Positions 33,639 to 43,249 of a stretch of 64,000 bases of DNA are shown one piece after another (within the stretch, counting starts at the first letter, position 1; each line of letters opens with the position of its first letter). This stretch comes from Oscillospiraceae bacterium (GTDB lineage: Bacteria > Bacillota > Clostridia > Oscillospirales > Ruminococcaceae). The stretch spans positions 6,816-70,815 of the forward strand of contig JAFLUG010000002.1 in NCBI GenBank assembly GCA_022508885.1, written 5' to 3'. A program made the translations under genes and the position numbers. Under the pieces are notes generated by a model that saw only the letters and a list, made by a program, of their open reading frames with translations, did not search any database and had not been told where the DNA came from.

Positions 33639-34870
33639 TAAAAATAAATGGATTTGATTTTATAGACGGCGGTGTTTGTGCCGCAAAGGGCTTTACGGCT
33701 TCGGGAGTTATCGCAGGAATCAAGGCGGGAAACACAACAAAACGCGATCTTGCTCTTATCAAAAGCTCGGTTAGGTGTAAAACCGCGGCGCTGTTTACAA
33801 GAAACAAGGTTAAGGGCGCGCCAATTCTTGTATGCAAGGAACATTTAAACGATGGCTATGCGCAGGCTGTAATTGTAAACAGCGGAAACGCAAATACCTG
33901 TAACTCAAACGGGATCGAAATAGCCGAACAGATGTGCAGTTTAGCGGCAGAAGCTCTCGGACTTGATAAGGACGATATTCTCGTTGGTTCTACCGGCGTT
34001 ATCGGTCAGAAGCTGAGTATTGAACCTATAAAGGCTGTTATTCCCGAGCTTGCCGCTTCGCTCAGCGAAAACGGCAGTCCCCTTGCCTGCGAGGCTATTA
34101 TGACAACCGATACGCGCAAAAAAGAATTTGCGGTTGAGTTTGAGCTTGACGGAAAGAAATGCCGCGTTGGCGGTATCTCAAAAGGCAGCGGAATGATAAA
34201 CCCGAATATGGCTACAATGCTTGCGTTTATCACAACCGATGTGGCGATCAACGGCGAGCTGCTTGAAATGGCTCTGAGAAAGGTATGCGGAGTGACCTAC
34301 AATATGGTAAGCGTAGACGGAGATACTTCTACAAACGATACGCTTATTCTCATGTCCTCGGGTCTTGCTGAAAACAAGGAAATTATCTGCGAGGACGAAA
34401 GCTATGAGATTTTCGTAAACGCGCTTTATGCGGTTATGATGAATCTTGCCCGTGAGACAGCACGCGACGGAGAGGGCGCGACAAAGCTTATAGAATGTGT
34501 TGTAAGCGGCGCTCCCGATGAAAACACCGCGAAAACCGTCGCGAAGTCTGTTATTTCCTCGAGTCTTGTAAAAGCCGCGCTGTTTGCGGCTGACGCAAAT
34601 TGGGGAAGGATTCTGTGCGCGATCGGCTATGCCGACGCCGAGTTTGACATAAGCAAAACCGCGGTTGACCTCGCGAGTGAAAAGGGTGAGATCGCCGTAT
34701 GTGAAAACGGTGCGGGGGTTGATTTTTCGGAAGACAAGGCAAAGGAGATACTTTCCGAAGAGGAAATAAAAATTCTTGTAAATCTCAACAGCGGCGATTC
34801 CTCGGCAATCGCGTGGGGCTGTGATCTTACATTCGATTATGTAAAAATAAATGCTGAGTACAGAACATAA
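33635..34870 (+). CDS. argJ: Bifunctional ornithine acetyltransferase / N-acetylglutamate synthase
   Basis: 411 aa. The autoprocessing region MATMLAFITTD. Confidence 0.93.
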   Translation: MIKINGFDFIDGGVCAAKGFTASGVIAGIKAGNTTKRDLALIKSSVRCKTAALFTRNKVKGAPILVCKEHLNDGYAQAVIVNSGNANTCNSNGIEIAEQMCSLAAEALGLDKDDILVGSTGVIGQKLSIEPIKAVIPELAASLSENGSPLACEAIMTTDTRKKEFAVEFELDGKKCRVGGISKGSGMINPNMATMLAFITTDVAINGELLEMALRKVCGVTYNMVSVDGDTSTNDTLILMSSGLAENKEIICEDESYEIFVNALYAVMMNLARETARDGEGATKLIECVVSGAPDENTAKTVAKSVISSSLVKAALFAADANWGRILCAIGYADAEFDISKTAVDLASEKGEIAVCENGAGVDFSEDKAKEILSEEEIKILVNLNSGDSSAIAWGCDLTFDYVKINAEYRT

Positions 34871-34914
34871 TTTCACTAAAACCATTGTATATTGTTAAAT
34901 TAAGAGGTTTAAAA

Positions 34915-35769
34915 ATGGAAATTGATTACGATATCCGGGCTAACGTGATGGTAGAGGCTCTGCCCTACCTTCAGAAATACAACAACAAGGTAGTTGTGGT
35001 TAAATACGGTGGAAACGCCATGACAAACGAAAGGCTGAAACAAGCGGTAATGCAGGATATCGTCCTGCTTTCGCTGGTTGGTATAAAGGTCGTTCTGGTC
35101 CATGGCGGCGGTCCCGAGATAAACGAAATGCTGAATAAGATCGGCAAGGAAAGCAAGTTTGTAAACGGGCTGAGATATACCGATGAGGAAACGATAGATA
35201 TAGTTCAGATGGTTCTCGCGGGAAAGGTGAACAAGGACTTAGTTTCGATGCTTGAAAGCCACGAGGGCAAGGCGATAGGACTCTGCGGTCTGGACGGAAA
35301 TATGATCGAGGCAAAGACGCTTAATCCCGATCTGGGCTATGTCGGCGAAATAACCGACGTACATCCCGAAATAATCCAGAACGCGCTTGACAATGGATAT
35401 ATTCCCGTAATTTCGACGATAGGACGCGGCAAGGACGGGACAGTCTACAATATAAACGCCGATACTGCCGCCGCGAGAATAGCGGCGGAAATGAAAGCTC
35501 CGAGCCTTATACTTCTGACCGATATCAAGGGACTTTTGGAGGATAAGGACGACGAAAATACAATTATCAGAACCGTCGGCGTAAGCGAGGTCCCGTATCT
35601 CAAAAAACAGGGAATTATTTCGGGAGGAATGATCCCGAAGATAGAGTGCTGTGTTGAGGCTGTACGCCGAGGAGTCAAGCAGGCGAATATAATTGACGGA
35701 AGAATACCGCATTCGATCCTGATTGAGCTTCTTACGGATATCGGCGCGGGAACGATGATAATTGCGTGA
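34915..35769 (+). CDS. argB: Acetylglutamate kinase
   Basis: VVVKYGGNAM ... VLVHGGGP motifs. The ATG at 34915 follows AAGAGG. Confidence 0.93.
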   Translation: MEIDYDIRANVMVEALPYLQKYNNKVVVVKYGGNAMTNERLKQAVMQDIVLLSLVGIKVVLVHGGGPEINEMLNKIGKESKFVNGLRYTDEETIDIVQMVLAGKVNKDLVSMLESHEGKAIGLCGLDGNMIEAKTLNPDLGYVGEITDVHPEIIQNALDNGYIPVISTIGRGKDGTVYNINADTAAARIAAEMKAPSLILLTDIKGLLEDKDDENTIIRTVGVSEVPYLKKQGIISGGMIPKIECCVEAVRRGVKQANIIDGRIPHSILIELLTDIGAGTMIIA

Positions 35770-35776
35770 GGTAAAA

Positions 35777-36940
35777 ATGAAAACGATTGAACAATTCAAC
35801 AAATATGTCATGCATTCTTACGGCAGGTATGACCTCGTTTTGGACAGCGGCGGGGACGTGACCTCTGTTGATGAAGAAGGCAAAAGCTATATTGATTTCG
35901 GCTCGGGAATAGGTGTAAATTCTCTGGGCTACTGTAACGACGAGTGGGTTGAAGCGGTTTGCTCTCAGGCAAAAAGACTTCAGCATACGTCAAATTATTA
36001 TTATACAAAAGTTCAGGCTGATTTTGCTAAGGCGCTTTGTGAAACCGCGGGTTATACAAATTTATTTTTCGGAAACTCGGGTGCTGAGGCAAATGAATGT
36101 GCTATCAAAATCGCGCGTAAGTACAGTTTTGATAAATACGGAAAAGGCCGTCACAACATAATAACCCTAAAAAACTCGTTTCACGGAAGAACGATAGCCA
36201 CGCTTTCAGCAACAGGTCAGGACGTTTTTCACAACTACTTCTTCCCTTTTGTAGAGGGCTTTGTAAACGTTGAGGCAAATAATATCGCTGATTTGCGCGA
36301 AAAGCTTGACGATACGGTCTGCGCGGTCATGTTTGAATATATTCAGGGTGAGGGCGGAGTAAATCGGCTTGAACAGGAGTTTGTTGATGAGATTTTTAAA
36401 CTCTGTGCCGAAAACGATGTTATTACAATTGCGGACGAGGTTCAGACCGGCGTCGGAAGAACGGGAAAGTTTCTCTGCGGAGATCATTACGGTCACAAGG
36501 CTGATCTTACGACGCTTGCCAAGGGACTTGCGGGAGGAATACCGATAGGCGCTTGTCTTTCGGGAGAAAAATGCGCGAATGTGCTTGTTCCAGGAACGCA
36601 CGGTTCTACTTTCGGCGGAAATCCCATCGCGTGCGCGGGCGGTCTTGCGGTCTTAAACAAATTAAACACTGCCGGATTTCTTGATGAGGTTTCAAAAAAG
36701 GGCAAGTATTTTTGCGATAAGCTGAATGAAATTCCCGAGGTGAAATCGCTTTCGGGTCTCGGGCTGATGATAGGTATTGAATTAAAAACAAAGAACGCGC
36801 ATAATGCCGCAAAGGAAGCGCTTGAAAACGGACTATTAGTCCTTACTGCTAAGGAAAAACTGAGGTTTTTGCCGCCTCTTACAATTTCCTATAAGGAAAT
36901 CGACGAGGGGATGAAAATACTTGCAGGTCTTTTGAAATAG
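35777..36940 (+). CDS. argD: Acetylornithine aminotransferase
   Basis: Class-III aminotransferase with GNSGAEANE ... ADEVQTGVGRTG ... TFGGNP. The ATG at 35777 follows GAGG. Confidence 0.9.
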   Translation: MKTIEQFNKYVMHSYGRYDLVLDSGGDVTSVDEEGKSYIDFGSGIGVNSLGYCNDEWVEAVCSQAKRLQHTSNYYYTKVQADFAKALCETAGYTNLFFGNSGAEANECAIKIARKYSFDKYGKGRHNIITLKNSFHGRTIATLSATGQDVFHNYFFPFVEGFVNVEANNIADLREKLDDTVCAVMFEYIQGEGGVNRLEQEFVDEIFKLCAENDVITIADEVQTGVGRTGKFLCGDHYGHKADLTTLAKGLAGGIPIGACLSGEKCANVLVPGTHGSTFGGNPIACAGGLAVLNKLNTAGFLDEVSKKGKYFCDKLNEIPEVKSLSGLGLMIGIELKTKNAHNAAKEALENGLLVLTAKEKLRFLPPLTISYKEIDEGMKILAGLLK

Positions 36941-36953
36941 GAAGGGAGCGAAG

Positions 36954-37358
36954 ATGAAAAGAATAACACAGATCATATCGGTTATCAGCATTCTTATCGC
37001 GGCTATTGCTTTGATATTTAACTTTCAGGTTCTTTCCGGTAAAAGCTATTTTATAAGATTTGCTATTTTCTCCACCATCCGCAGAGGCGATATTATGGGT
37101 TTTCTCGGAAATCTTCTCGGACTTCTGATAACATCGTTCGCTTTTGCGGCAATGGGCATTTACGGAGCTATGCTGTCGATCTTCAACAGAGAAAAAGCGC
37201 GCAAGCCTGCTCTGATTTCGGGAATCTGCGTCACGGTATTGGCTCTTGTTTCCTTGTTTTTCAGCTTTAATAACAATTTCAATATCGGCGATATATTTAT
37301 TATTCTCTTCCCTGCCGCGTTTACGTTTTGCGTGATACAGACAACTGATGTTAAATAA
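36954..37358 (+). CDS. Hypothetical membrane protein, 134 aa, between argD and argF
   Basis: Four predicted hydrophobic segments. No motif recognised. Confidence 0.5.
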   Translation: MKRITQIISVISILIAAIALIFNFQVLSGKSYFIRFAIFSTIRRGDIMGFLGNLLGLLITSFAFAAMGIYGAMLSIFNREKARKPALISGICVTVLALVSLFFSFNNNFNIGDIFIILFPAAFTFCVIQTTDVK

Positions 37359-37379
37359 AACTTGAAAGGAATTGATCTA

Positions 37380-38291
37380 ATGAAACATTTATTGAAACTT
37401 CTCGATTTAAGCACAGAGGAGATCATTGATATCCTTAACCTCGCGGATCAGCTTAAATACGAGCAGAAGCACGGTATTCCCCACAACATTTTAAAGGGAA
37501 TGACACTCGGAATGATTTTCCAGAAGGCGTCTACAAGAACTCGTGTTTCTTTTGAAACGGGAATGTACCAGCTTGGCGGAAACGCGCTGTTTCTTTCTTC
37601 AAAAGAGCTTCAGATAGGACGCGGAGAGCCTGTACAGGATACGGCGCGTGTTCTGTCACGGTATCTTAACGGAATAATGATAAGAACATTTGAGCAGGCT
37701 GAAGTTGAAAACCTCGCAGAATACGGCTCTATACCGATCATAAACGGACTTACCGATTTCTGCCATCCTTGTCAGGTGCTTGCCGATCTGCAGACTATCC
37801 GCGAATACAAGAACAAGCTCGAGGGTCTTAATTTCTGCTATATCGGTGACGGGAACAATATGGCGAATTCTCTGACAGTCGGCTGTCTCAAAGTAGGAAT
37901 GAATGTAACTCTCGCCTGCCCCGAGGGATATTACCCTGACAAGCAGATCCTTGATTTCACAAGGGACTATGAAAACTTCAAGATCATAAACGATCCTGTT
38001 GAGGCAGCCGCGGACGCCGATGTTCTTTATACCGACGTATGGGCTTCAATGGGAATGGAAGATGAGGTTGAAAAGCGCAAAGCAGCGTTTAAGGGCTATC
38101 AGATAAACGACAGCGTTATGGCTTCGGCAAAGTCCGACGCGATAGTTATGCACTGCCTGCCTGCTCACCGTGAAGAGGAAATAACCTCAAAGGTATTTGA
38201 ACAGCACGCAAAGGAGATTTTTGACGAGGCTGAAAACCGTCTTCACGCGCAAAAAGCTGTAATGGTAAGGCTAATGGCTAACGAAGGCTGA
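37380..38291 (+). CDS. argF: Ornithine carbamoyltransferase
   Basis: STRTRVSFE ... HPCQ ... HCLPA motifs. I prefer the ATG at 37380 over the upstream TTG at 37362. Confidence 0.93.
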   Translation: MKHLLKLLDLSTEEIIDILNLADQLKYEQKHGIPHNILKGMTLGMIFQKASTRTRVSFETGMYQLGGNALFLSSKELQIGRGEPVQDTARVLSRYLNGIMIRTFEQAEVENLAEYGSIPIINGLTDFCHPCQVLADLQTIREYKNKLEGLNFCYIGDGNNMANSLTVGCLKVGMNVTLACPEGYYPDKQILDFTRDYENFKIINDPVEAAADADVLYTDVWASMGMEDEVEKRKAAFKGYQINDSVMASAKSDAIVMHCLPAHREEEITSKVFEQHAKEIFDEAENRLHAQKAVMVRLMANEG

Positions 38292-38305
38292 TTATTGGCA
38301 TAATA

Positions 38306-38340
38306 ACCGACACTGTTTAAATACAGTGTCGGTTTTATTT
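38306..38340. terminator. Rho-independent (bidirectional) terminator after argF
   Basis: ACCGACACTGT-ttaaat-ACAGTGTCGGT followed by TTTATTT. Confidence 0.8.
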
Positions 38341-38527
38341 ATGTATTCAACTCGGAAATCAGCTTTTCGATTATATATTTTTTTTCCTCTGCGCTGATAT
38401 TAAGGTTTTCAAGATATTTTTGTACGGTATGAGCAAACAGTCTGTTAGTTTCCTCCTTTAAATTAAATAGTGCGGTATCGTTTGTAAAATGTACTACCGC
38501 GTTTATTTTTTTCTGCATTTTCGGCAT
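38339..38527 (-). CDS. Hypothetical 62-aa protein divergent from the serine recombinase gene
   Basis: ORF-track ORF. A small helical protein. No motif recognised. Confidence 0.4.
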   Translation of the reverse strand: MPKMQKKINAVVHFTNDTALFNLKEETNRLFAHTVQKYLENLNISAEEKKYIIEKLISELNT

Positions 38528-38609
38528 ACGGTCAACCCCCTTTAGAGTAATATTATGACGGCGTACTTGTACAAGATTACGCGTAATTCAACTAAAAGGG
38601 AGCGTTTGC

Positions 38610-40220
38610 ATGAAAATCGCTGTTTATTCCCGAAAATCAAAATTTACCGGCAAGGGAGAAAGTATCGAAAACCAGATAGCGCTATGCAAAGAGTACATTA
38701 AAACGCATATTCCCAATGCAGCCGAAGATGACGTTTCTATTTATGAGGACGAGGGATTTTCCGGAAAAAATTTTGACCGTCCGCAGTTTAAAAAAATGAT
38801 GAAAACAGCAGAAAATGCTCCTTTCGACTATATCGTTGTTTACCGTCTTGACAGGATAAGCAGAAGCGTAGGAGATTTCGCGAATCTTATCGAAAAGCTG
38901 AATGAAATGAAAACCGCTTTTGTATGCATTAAAGAGCAGTTTGATACATCAACGCCCATGGGACGCGCAATGATGAATATTTCGGCGGTTTTCGCGCAGC
39001 TTGAGCGCGAAACAATAGCCGAGCGAATTCGAGACAATATAGTTCTCCTTGCTAAAACGGGACGTTGGCTCGGAGGAGTAACTCCTCTCGGATTTACAGG
39101 CGAAAAGGTTGAAATAAAAGATCCGGAGAATAAAAGACGTTTTGCGTTTAAACTTTCCCCGATCAAGAGTGAAATATTTACGGTAAAAACAATTTACGCG
39201 AGATTTCTCGAATCTCATTCTTTGACCAAAACGGTAACGTGGCTGATATCTCACGGTATAAAAACTCGTAAGAAAAACGATTTCAGAGCAAGGACAGTAA
39301 AGGATATTCTTAAAAATCCTGTATACTGCACAGCAGACGGCGACGCATTTGAATATTTTGAAGAACTTGGCTGTGATATATGCTTTACAAAGGAGGAAGC
39401 CGACGGAAAGCAAGGTATAATGCCGTTTTTAAGGACTTCTCAAAGCGGCAAGAAAACTCGACGAAACACGCCCGAGGAATGGATAATTGCTATTGGAAAG
39501 CATAAGGGAATCATTTCTTCGGAAGATTGGATCAAGACTCAGAACCTGCTTGGAAAAAATTCCTCTAAAACCTTCTATAAGCCGTCAAGAAACAGTACGG
39601 CAATATTTACGGGACTTGTAAAATGCGGTGAATGCGGACACAATATGCGTCCGCGACTATCAGGCCAAAATAAAGGCAACGATCCGCGAAAATTTACATA
39701 CATGTGCGAATATAAGGAACGTTCGAGAAGATCAAAATGTCGTATGCGCAACGCAAGCGGCAATATGCTTGATGAGAGCGTCATCACAGAAATACTTAAG
39801 CTCGGACAACTCAACGATCTAACCCAAAAGGAATTAACTGCCCTGCTGAATTCTGTCAAGAATGAAAAATTATCCGAAAATATAAACGAGATGAAAAAAC
39901 AAATCTCTGAAAAGGAAAAAATGATTTCAAAGCTTATGAACAGCTTTGCGGCTTCAGAAAACAGCTCATCATACGAATATGTAAAGCGTGAAACAGAGAA
40001 GATCGACAACGAGATAAAATGCCTTAGGGAAGAGCTTATGCACATTAATAATTCTGAAAAACAAACTGAAATCTTGAATATTGAATGTATTGTAAATGAG
40101 TTAATGGATTTCAAAAAAAGCTTTACGGGACTTTCGATCATTGAAAAACGGGATTTTGTAAATAAAGTTATTGAAAAAATTGTTTGGGACGGAGAAAAAG
40201 CAAATGTATATCTTAAGTAG
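38610..40220 (+). CDS. Large serine recombinase (SpoIVCA/phage-integrase type), 536 aa
   Basis: Resolvase catalytic domain (VYSRKSKFTGKGESIENQ ... VVYRLDRISRS), recombinase domain, Cys-rich zinc ribbon (CGECGHNM...CEYKERSRRSKC) and a C-terminal coiled coil. Confidence 0.9.
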   Translation: MKIAVYSRKSKFTGKGESIENQIALCKEYIKTHIPNAAEDDVSIYEDEGFSGKNFDRPQFKKMMKTAENAPFDYIVVYRLDRISRSVGDFANLIEKLNEMKTAFVCIKEQFDTSTPMGRAMMNISAVFAQLERETIAERIRDNIVLLAKTGRWLGGVTPLGFTGEKVEIKDPENKRRFAFKLSPIKSEIFTVKTIYARFLESHSLTKTVTWLISHGIKTRKKNDFRARTVKDILKNPVYCTADGDAFEYFEELGCDICFTKEEADGKQGIMPFLRTSQSGKKTRRNTPEEWIIAIGKHKGIISSEDWIKTQNLLGKNSSKTFYKPSRNSTAIFTGLVKCGECGHNMRPRLSGQNKGNDPRKFTYMCEYKERSRRSKCRMRNASGNMLDESVITEILKLGQLNDLTQKELTALLNSVKNEKLSENINEMKKQISEKEKMISKLMNSFAASENSSSYEYVKRETEKIDNEIKCLREELMHINNSEKQTEILNIECIVNELMDFKKSFTGLSIIEKRDFVNKVIEKIVWDGEKANVYLK

Positions 40221-40235
40221 TTTAAACCAAAACAG

Positions 40236-40296
40236 TTGACATTTTAATGAATTAATGTTATAATTGTATACGAAAATAATTGAAGAGGTATACAAT
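40236..40296 (+). promoter_or_regulatory. birA promoter with a BirA-operator-like inverted repeat
   Basis: TTGACA (40236-40241), 17-nt spacer, TATAAT (40259-40264). This overlaps the perfect inverted repeat ATTGTATAC-N16-GTATACAAT (40263-40296), which also spans the RBS. Confidence 0.5.
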
Positions 40297-40297
40297 T

Positions 40298-41269
40298 TTG
40301 ACTATCAAAGAGCAGCTTTACGGTCTTCTCGAGGAAAACCGAGGTAATTTTATTTCCGGCGAAGATATTGCAAAACAGCTTTACTGTACACGCGGAGCTG
40401 TTTGGAAAGCAATAAAAGCTCTGAGAAACGAGGGTTTTGAAATAAAGGCGGTTACAAACCGCGGATATTGTCTGTGTGACAGCGGAGATATTCTCAGTGC
40501 AGCAGGAATAAAACGTTATTTAAACAGAAAATGCAGTATAACCGTTCTCAAAACCATCAGCTCAACAAACGCTTACCTGCGGGAATTGGCCCAGAATGGC
40601 GCGAACGAGGGCGCCTTGGTTGTTTCCTGCGAGCAGACAAGCGGTTATGGAAGACGCAAAAGAAACTTCTTCTCTCCTGCCGATACAGGACTTTATATGA
40701 GTATTTTACTGCGCCCGCCGTTTTCCGCGCAGGAATCCGTAAAAATCACCGCGGCAGGCGCGGCGGCGGTTTGTATTGCGATAGAAAATGTTACGGGAGT
40801 ATATTCGGGCATAAAATGGGTAAACGACATCTTTGTTCAGAATAAAAAGGTTGCGGGCATTTTAACGGAAGCGTCGCTTAACATTGAAAACGGATTGCTT
40901 GATTATGCTATTATCGGCATAGGAATTAATGTTTATAAACCCGAAAACGGTTTTCCGTCTGAAATATCGGAAATAGCCGGGGCGTTGATTGACAAACGTA
41001 CGTCAGATGTACGAAATAAGCTTGTAGTTGAAATATACGATCATTTTATGAAGTTCTACGAAAAGTTTCCCGAATGTGATTATGTCCGTGAATACCAAAA
41101 ACGGCTTATGTGGCTGGGCGAGCGTATTTATATTCATTCGGGAGCAGACGGACATATTAAAACCCCCGCCGTTCTACTCGGAACAGATGAGAGCTGTGCG
41201 CTTAGGATCCGATATGATGATGGCACAGAGGATATTATTTATTCGGGGGAAATCAGTATCAACAGATAG
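40298..41269 (+). CDS. birA: Bifunctional biotin-[acetyl-CoA-carboxylase] ligase / biotin operon repressor
   Basis: N-terminal winged HTH (SGEDIAKQLYCTRGAVWKAIKALRNEGFEI), GRGRR-like loop GYGRRKRNF, and KWVNDI. I prefer the TTG at 40298 (after GAAGAGG). The ORF-track start is 40280. Confidence 0.88.
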   Translation: MTIKEQLYGLLEENRGNFISGEDIAKQLYCTRGAVWKAIKALRNEGFEIKAVTNRGYCLCDSGDILSAAGIKRYLNRKCSITVLKTISSTNAYLRELAQNGANEGALVVSCEQTSGYGRRKRNFFSPADTGLYMSILLRPPFSAQESVKITAAGAAAVCIAIENVTGVYSGIKWVNDIFVQNKKVAGILTEASLNIENGLLDYAIIGIGINVYKPENGFPSEISEIAGALIDKRTSDVRNKLVVEIYDHFMKFYEKFPECDYVREYQKRLMWLGERIYIHSGADGHIKTPAVLLGTDESCALRIRYDDGTEDIIYSGEISINR

Positions 41270-41652
41270 AAATATTTTATTTTCCGAGATTGTGTAATTG
41301 CATTATCAATACATCTGGAAGCGTAAGTGGAAAATTTGTTGTTTTTATTGAGGTCAAAGGTTTCTGCGGCACGAATGAGACCTATCGTTCCGATTGATAC
41401 AAGGTCGTCCGCGTCCGGAAAATCGGGATACTTTTTATTTACAATGTACGCGACAAGTCTGAGGTTATGTATGATAAGCCTGTCACGCGCTGTTTTAATT
41501 TCAATTTCCGTGCTTTCCGGATTTGACATTATTTTGAGACATTGTGCTTCTTCCTTTGATGAAAGCTGCTTTGGGAAATTATTTTTCCCATCGAAATGAA
41601 GTCCGAACAGCAAAAAGTTTTCAAGCGCGAGTTTTAATATCAGCCAAAACAT
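41239..41652 (-). pseudogene. sigK: 5' segment of the sporulation sigma factor gene sigK (pro-sequence and region 2 only; spoIVCB-like fragment)
   Basis: NNFPKQLSSKEE ... IIHNLRLVAYIV ... DLVSIGTIGLIRAAETF ... STYASRCIDNAI parallels B. subtilis pro-SigK up to ATYAARCIENEI. The sequence then diverges (TQSRKIKYFYLLILISPE*) and the tail runs into the birA 3' end. Regions 3 and 4 are absent. Confidence 0.75.
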
Positions 41653-41732
41653 AGTAAGTTCCTTTCGTTATTTTTTTGTGTGGATTTATTTTATTACTCT
41701 GCGCTTGTTTAATATTCATAATATACTGTAAA

Positions 41733-41760
41733 GCGCGGACAAATATATTTTTGTCCGCGC
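41733..41760 (-). terminator. Terminator hairpin after the histidine kinase gene
   Basis: GCGCGGACAAA-tatatt-TTTGTCCGCGC, 11-bp stem. Weak T-run on the minus strand. Confidence 0.5.
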
Positions 41761-41765
41761 ATCGA

Positions 41766-43247
41766 TTATTGTTTTTTCTGCAGCTTAAGCTCAAGCTTAT
41801 GCTTTTGAGGTTCTTCCGGTTGTTTTTCAATCAGATCCGACAGTTCGGGAGCTTCAAACCAGAATTTACTTCCCTGCCCCAAACTGCTCTCAGCGCCGTA
41901 TTTAAAGCCGTGCTGCTCAAGTACGCTTTTTACGATTGAAAGCCCTATACCGCTTCCCATTTTCGCGCGCTTGTGTGTAGCAGAGCGCTCGCTTACCTTG
42001 TAGTATCTGTCCCAGATATACGGAAGATTTTCGGGAGAAATACCCTCTCCGTGATCCTCAACCTCAAATCTTACCATTCCCTTATCATTTTTGAAAAGTC
42101 TTACAAATACCTTCTTATCGTCTCCGGCGTATGTTACCGCGTTGTTTATAAGATTGTATACTACCTGGTCGAGCTTTGATATATCGCCGGATATGCGGAT
42201 ATTATCTTCCGCCTGCAAATCAACGGTAATTCCATCATTGTATTTTACAATATCAAATCTTGAAACAACACCCGATATATTTTCTGAGAGATTAAAAGCT
42301 TCTATATTTAACTCCGTAACCCCCGCCTGAAGTTTAGACAAATCAAGAATGTCCGTTACAAGCGATGAAAGCCTGTCTGTTTCATCTATTATAACTTTAA
42401 TATGCTTTTCGCGTTTTTCAGGGTTATCACCCGAAATATCGCGTATCATCTCGGCATAAGCCTTTATCATTGTAAGAGGAGTTCGCAAATCGTGTGAGAT
42501 GTTTGACATAAGCTCACGCCTGAGATCATCGGATTTTGCTATTTCTTTTGAAGCTTGGGAAAGTGTTCCAGCAAGCTGTTTTATCTCCTCATAATCCCGC
42601 TTTCCTATTTTAGCGTCAAATTTTCCTTGCGGAAGAGTCTTTGCCGAATTGTTTATCCTGATGATAGGTTCGGATATCTTATTTGAAAATAACGCGGAAA
42701 TGAAAATTGTCAATATCATCATCAACAACCCGACGATATAAAACTGCCTTTGGAAAATCTGAACGGTCGTTCCGATAGGCTGGAGATAGTTGAAAATAAA
42801 AATATAAGCCTCGGGACTGTTCCTGTCACTTCCGATGTAGCTTCCCATCATAAGAATAGAGTTGTTTTCCTTTTCATCGCGGAAAGTCTTGTAAATAGTG
42901 CCTGAATCGGAATTGTTTACGCTGTTTATAAAGCTTGATTTGGAAATCATCCTGATTGAAAGACTTCCGCCGAGCATATCGACAAAATACGATCTGTTAT
43001 CGGGATAGATAATCTCGATAAACATTTTCTTGTCAAATGCCTGACTTTCGACTATCTGCTTGATGTCGTCGCTGTACCAATTCGTGCGGATATCTTCATA
43101 AACCTCGCTTATCTCATAGGTTTTCATCCAACCGTAAAACATCGGAAACATAGCGATAAGAAAAATGTAAGTAAACGCAAGCATCGCGATAACGACCACT
43201 TCAAATCTCGCCCAGACGCGAACCTTTATGCTTCGGAAAAAATTCAT
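41766..43247 (-). CDS. Sensor histidine kinase (two TM segments, HAMP, HisKA, HATPase_c)
   Basis: H-box SHDLRTPLT, N-box NLINNAVTY, G-boxes DHGEGI and GSGIGLSIV. Confidence 0.9.
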   Translation of the reverse strand: MNFFRSIKVRVWARFEVVVIAMLAFTYIFLIAMFPMFYGWMKTYEISEVYEDIRTNWYSDDIKQIVESQAFDKKMFIEIIYPDNRSYFVDMLGGSLSIRMISKSSFINSVNNSDSGTIYKTFRDEKENNSILMMGSYIGSDRNSPEAYIFIFNYLQPIGTTVQIFQRQFYIVGLLMMILTIFISALFSNKISEPIIRINNSAKTLPQGKFDAKIGKRDYEEIKQLAGTLSQASKEIAKSDDLRRELMSNISHDLRTPLTMIKAYAEMIRDISGDNPEKREKHIKVIIDETDRLSSLVTDILDLSKLQAGVTELNIEAFNLSENISGVVSRFDIVKYNDGITVDLQAEDNIRISGDISKLDQVVYNLINNAVTYAGDDKKVFVRLFKNDKGMVRFEVEDHGEGISPENLPYIWDRYYKVSERSATHKRAKMGSGIGLSIVKSVLEQHGFKYGAESSLGQGSKFWFEAPELSDLIEKQPEEPQKHKLELKLQKKQ

Positions 43248-43249
43248 TA

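Noticed and set aside
38577-38595. Similarity between AGATTACGCGTAATTCAAC (upstream of the serine recombinase) and AGATTGTGTAATTGCATT at the sigK break (41287-41304), as a possible att pair for a 2.7-kb mini-element
   Set aside because: The match is short and gapped. More decisively, the DNA to the left of 38577 on the minus strand encodes a 62-aa unrelated protein and then argF, not the sigK 3' half. Excision between these sites could not rebuild sigK.
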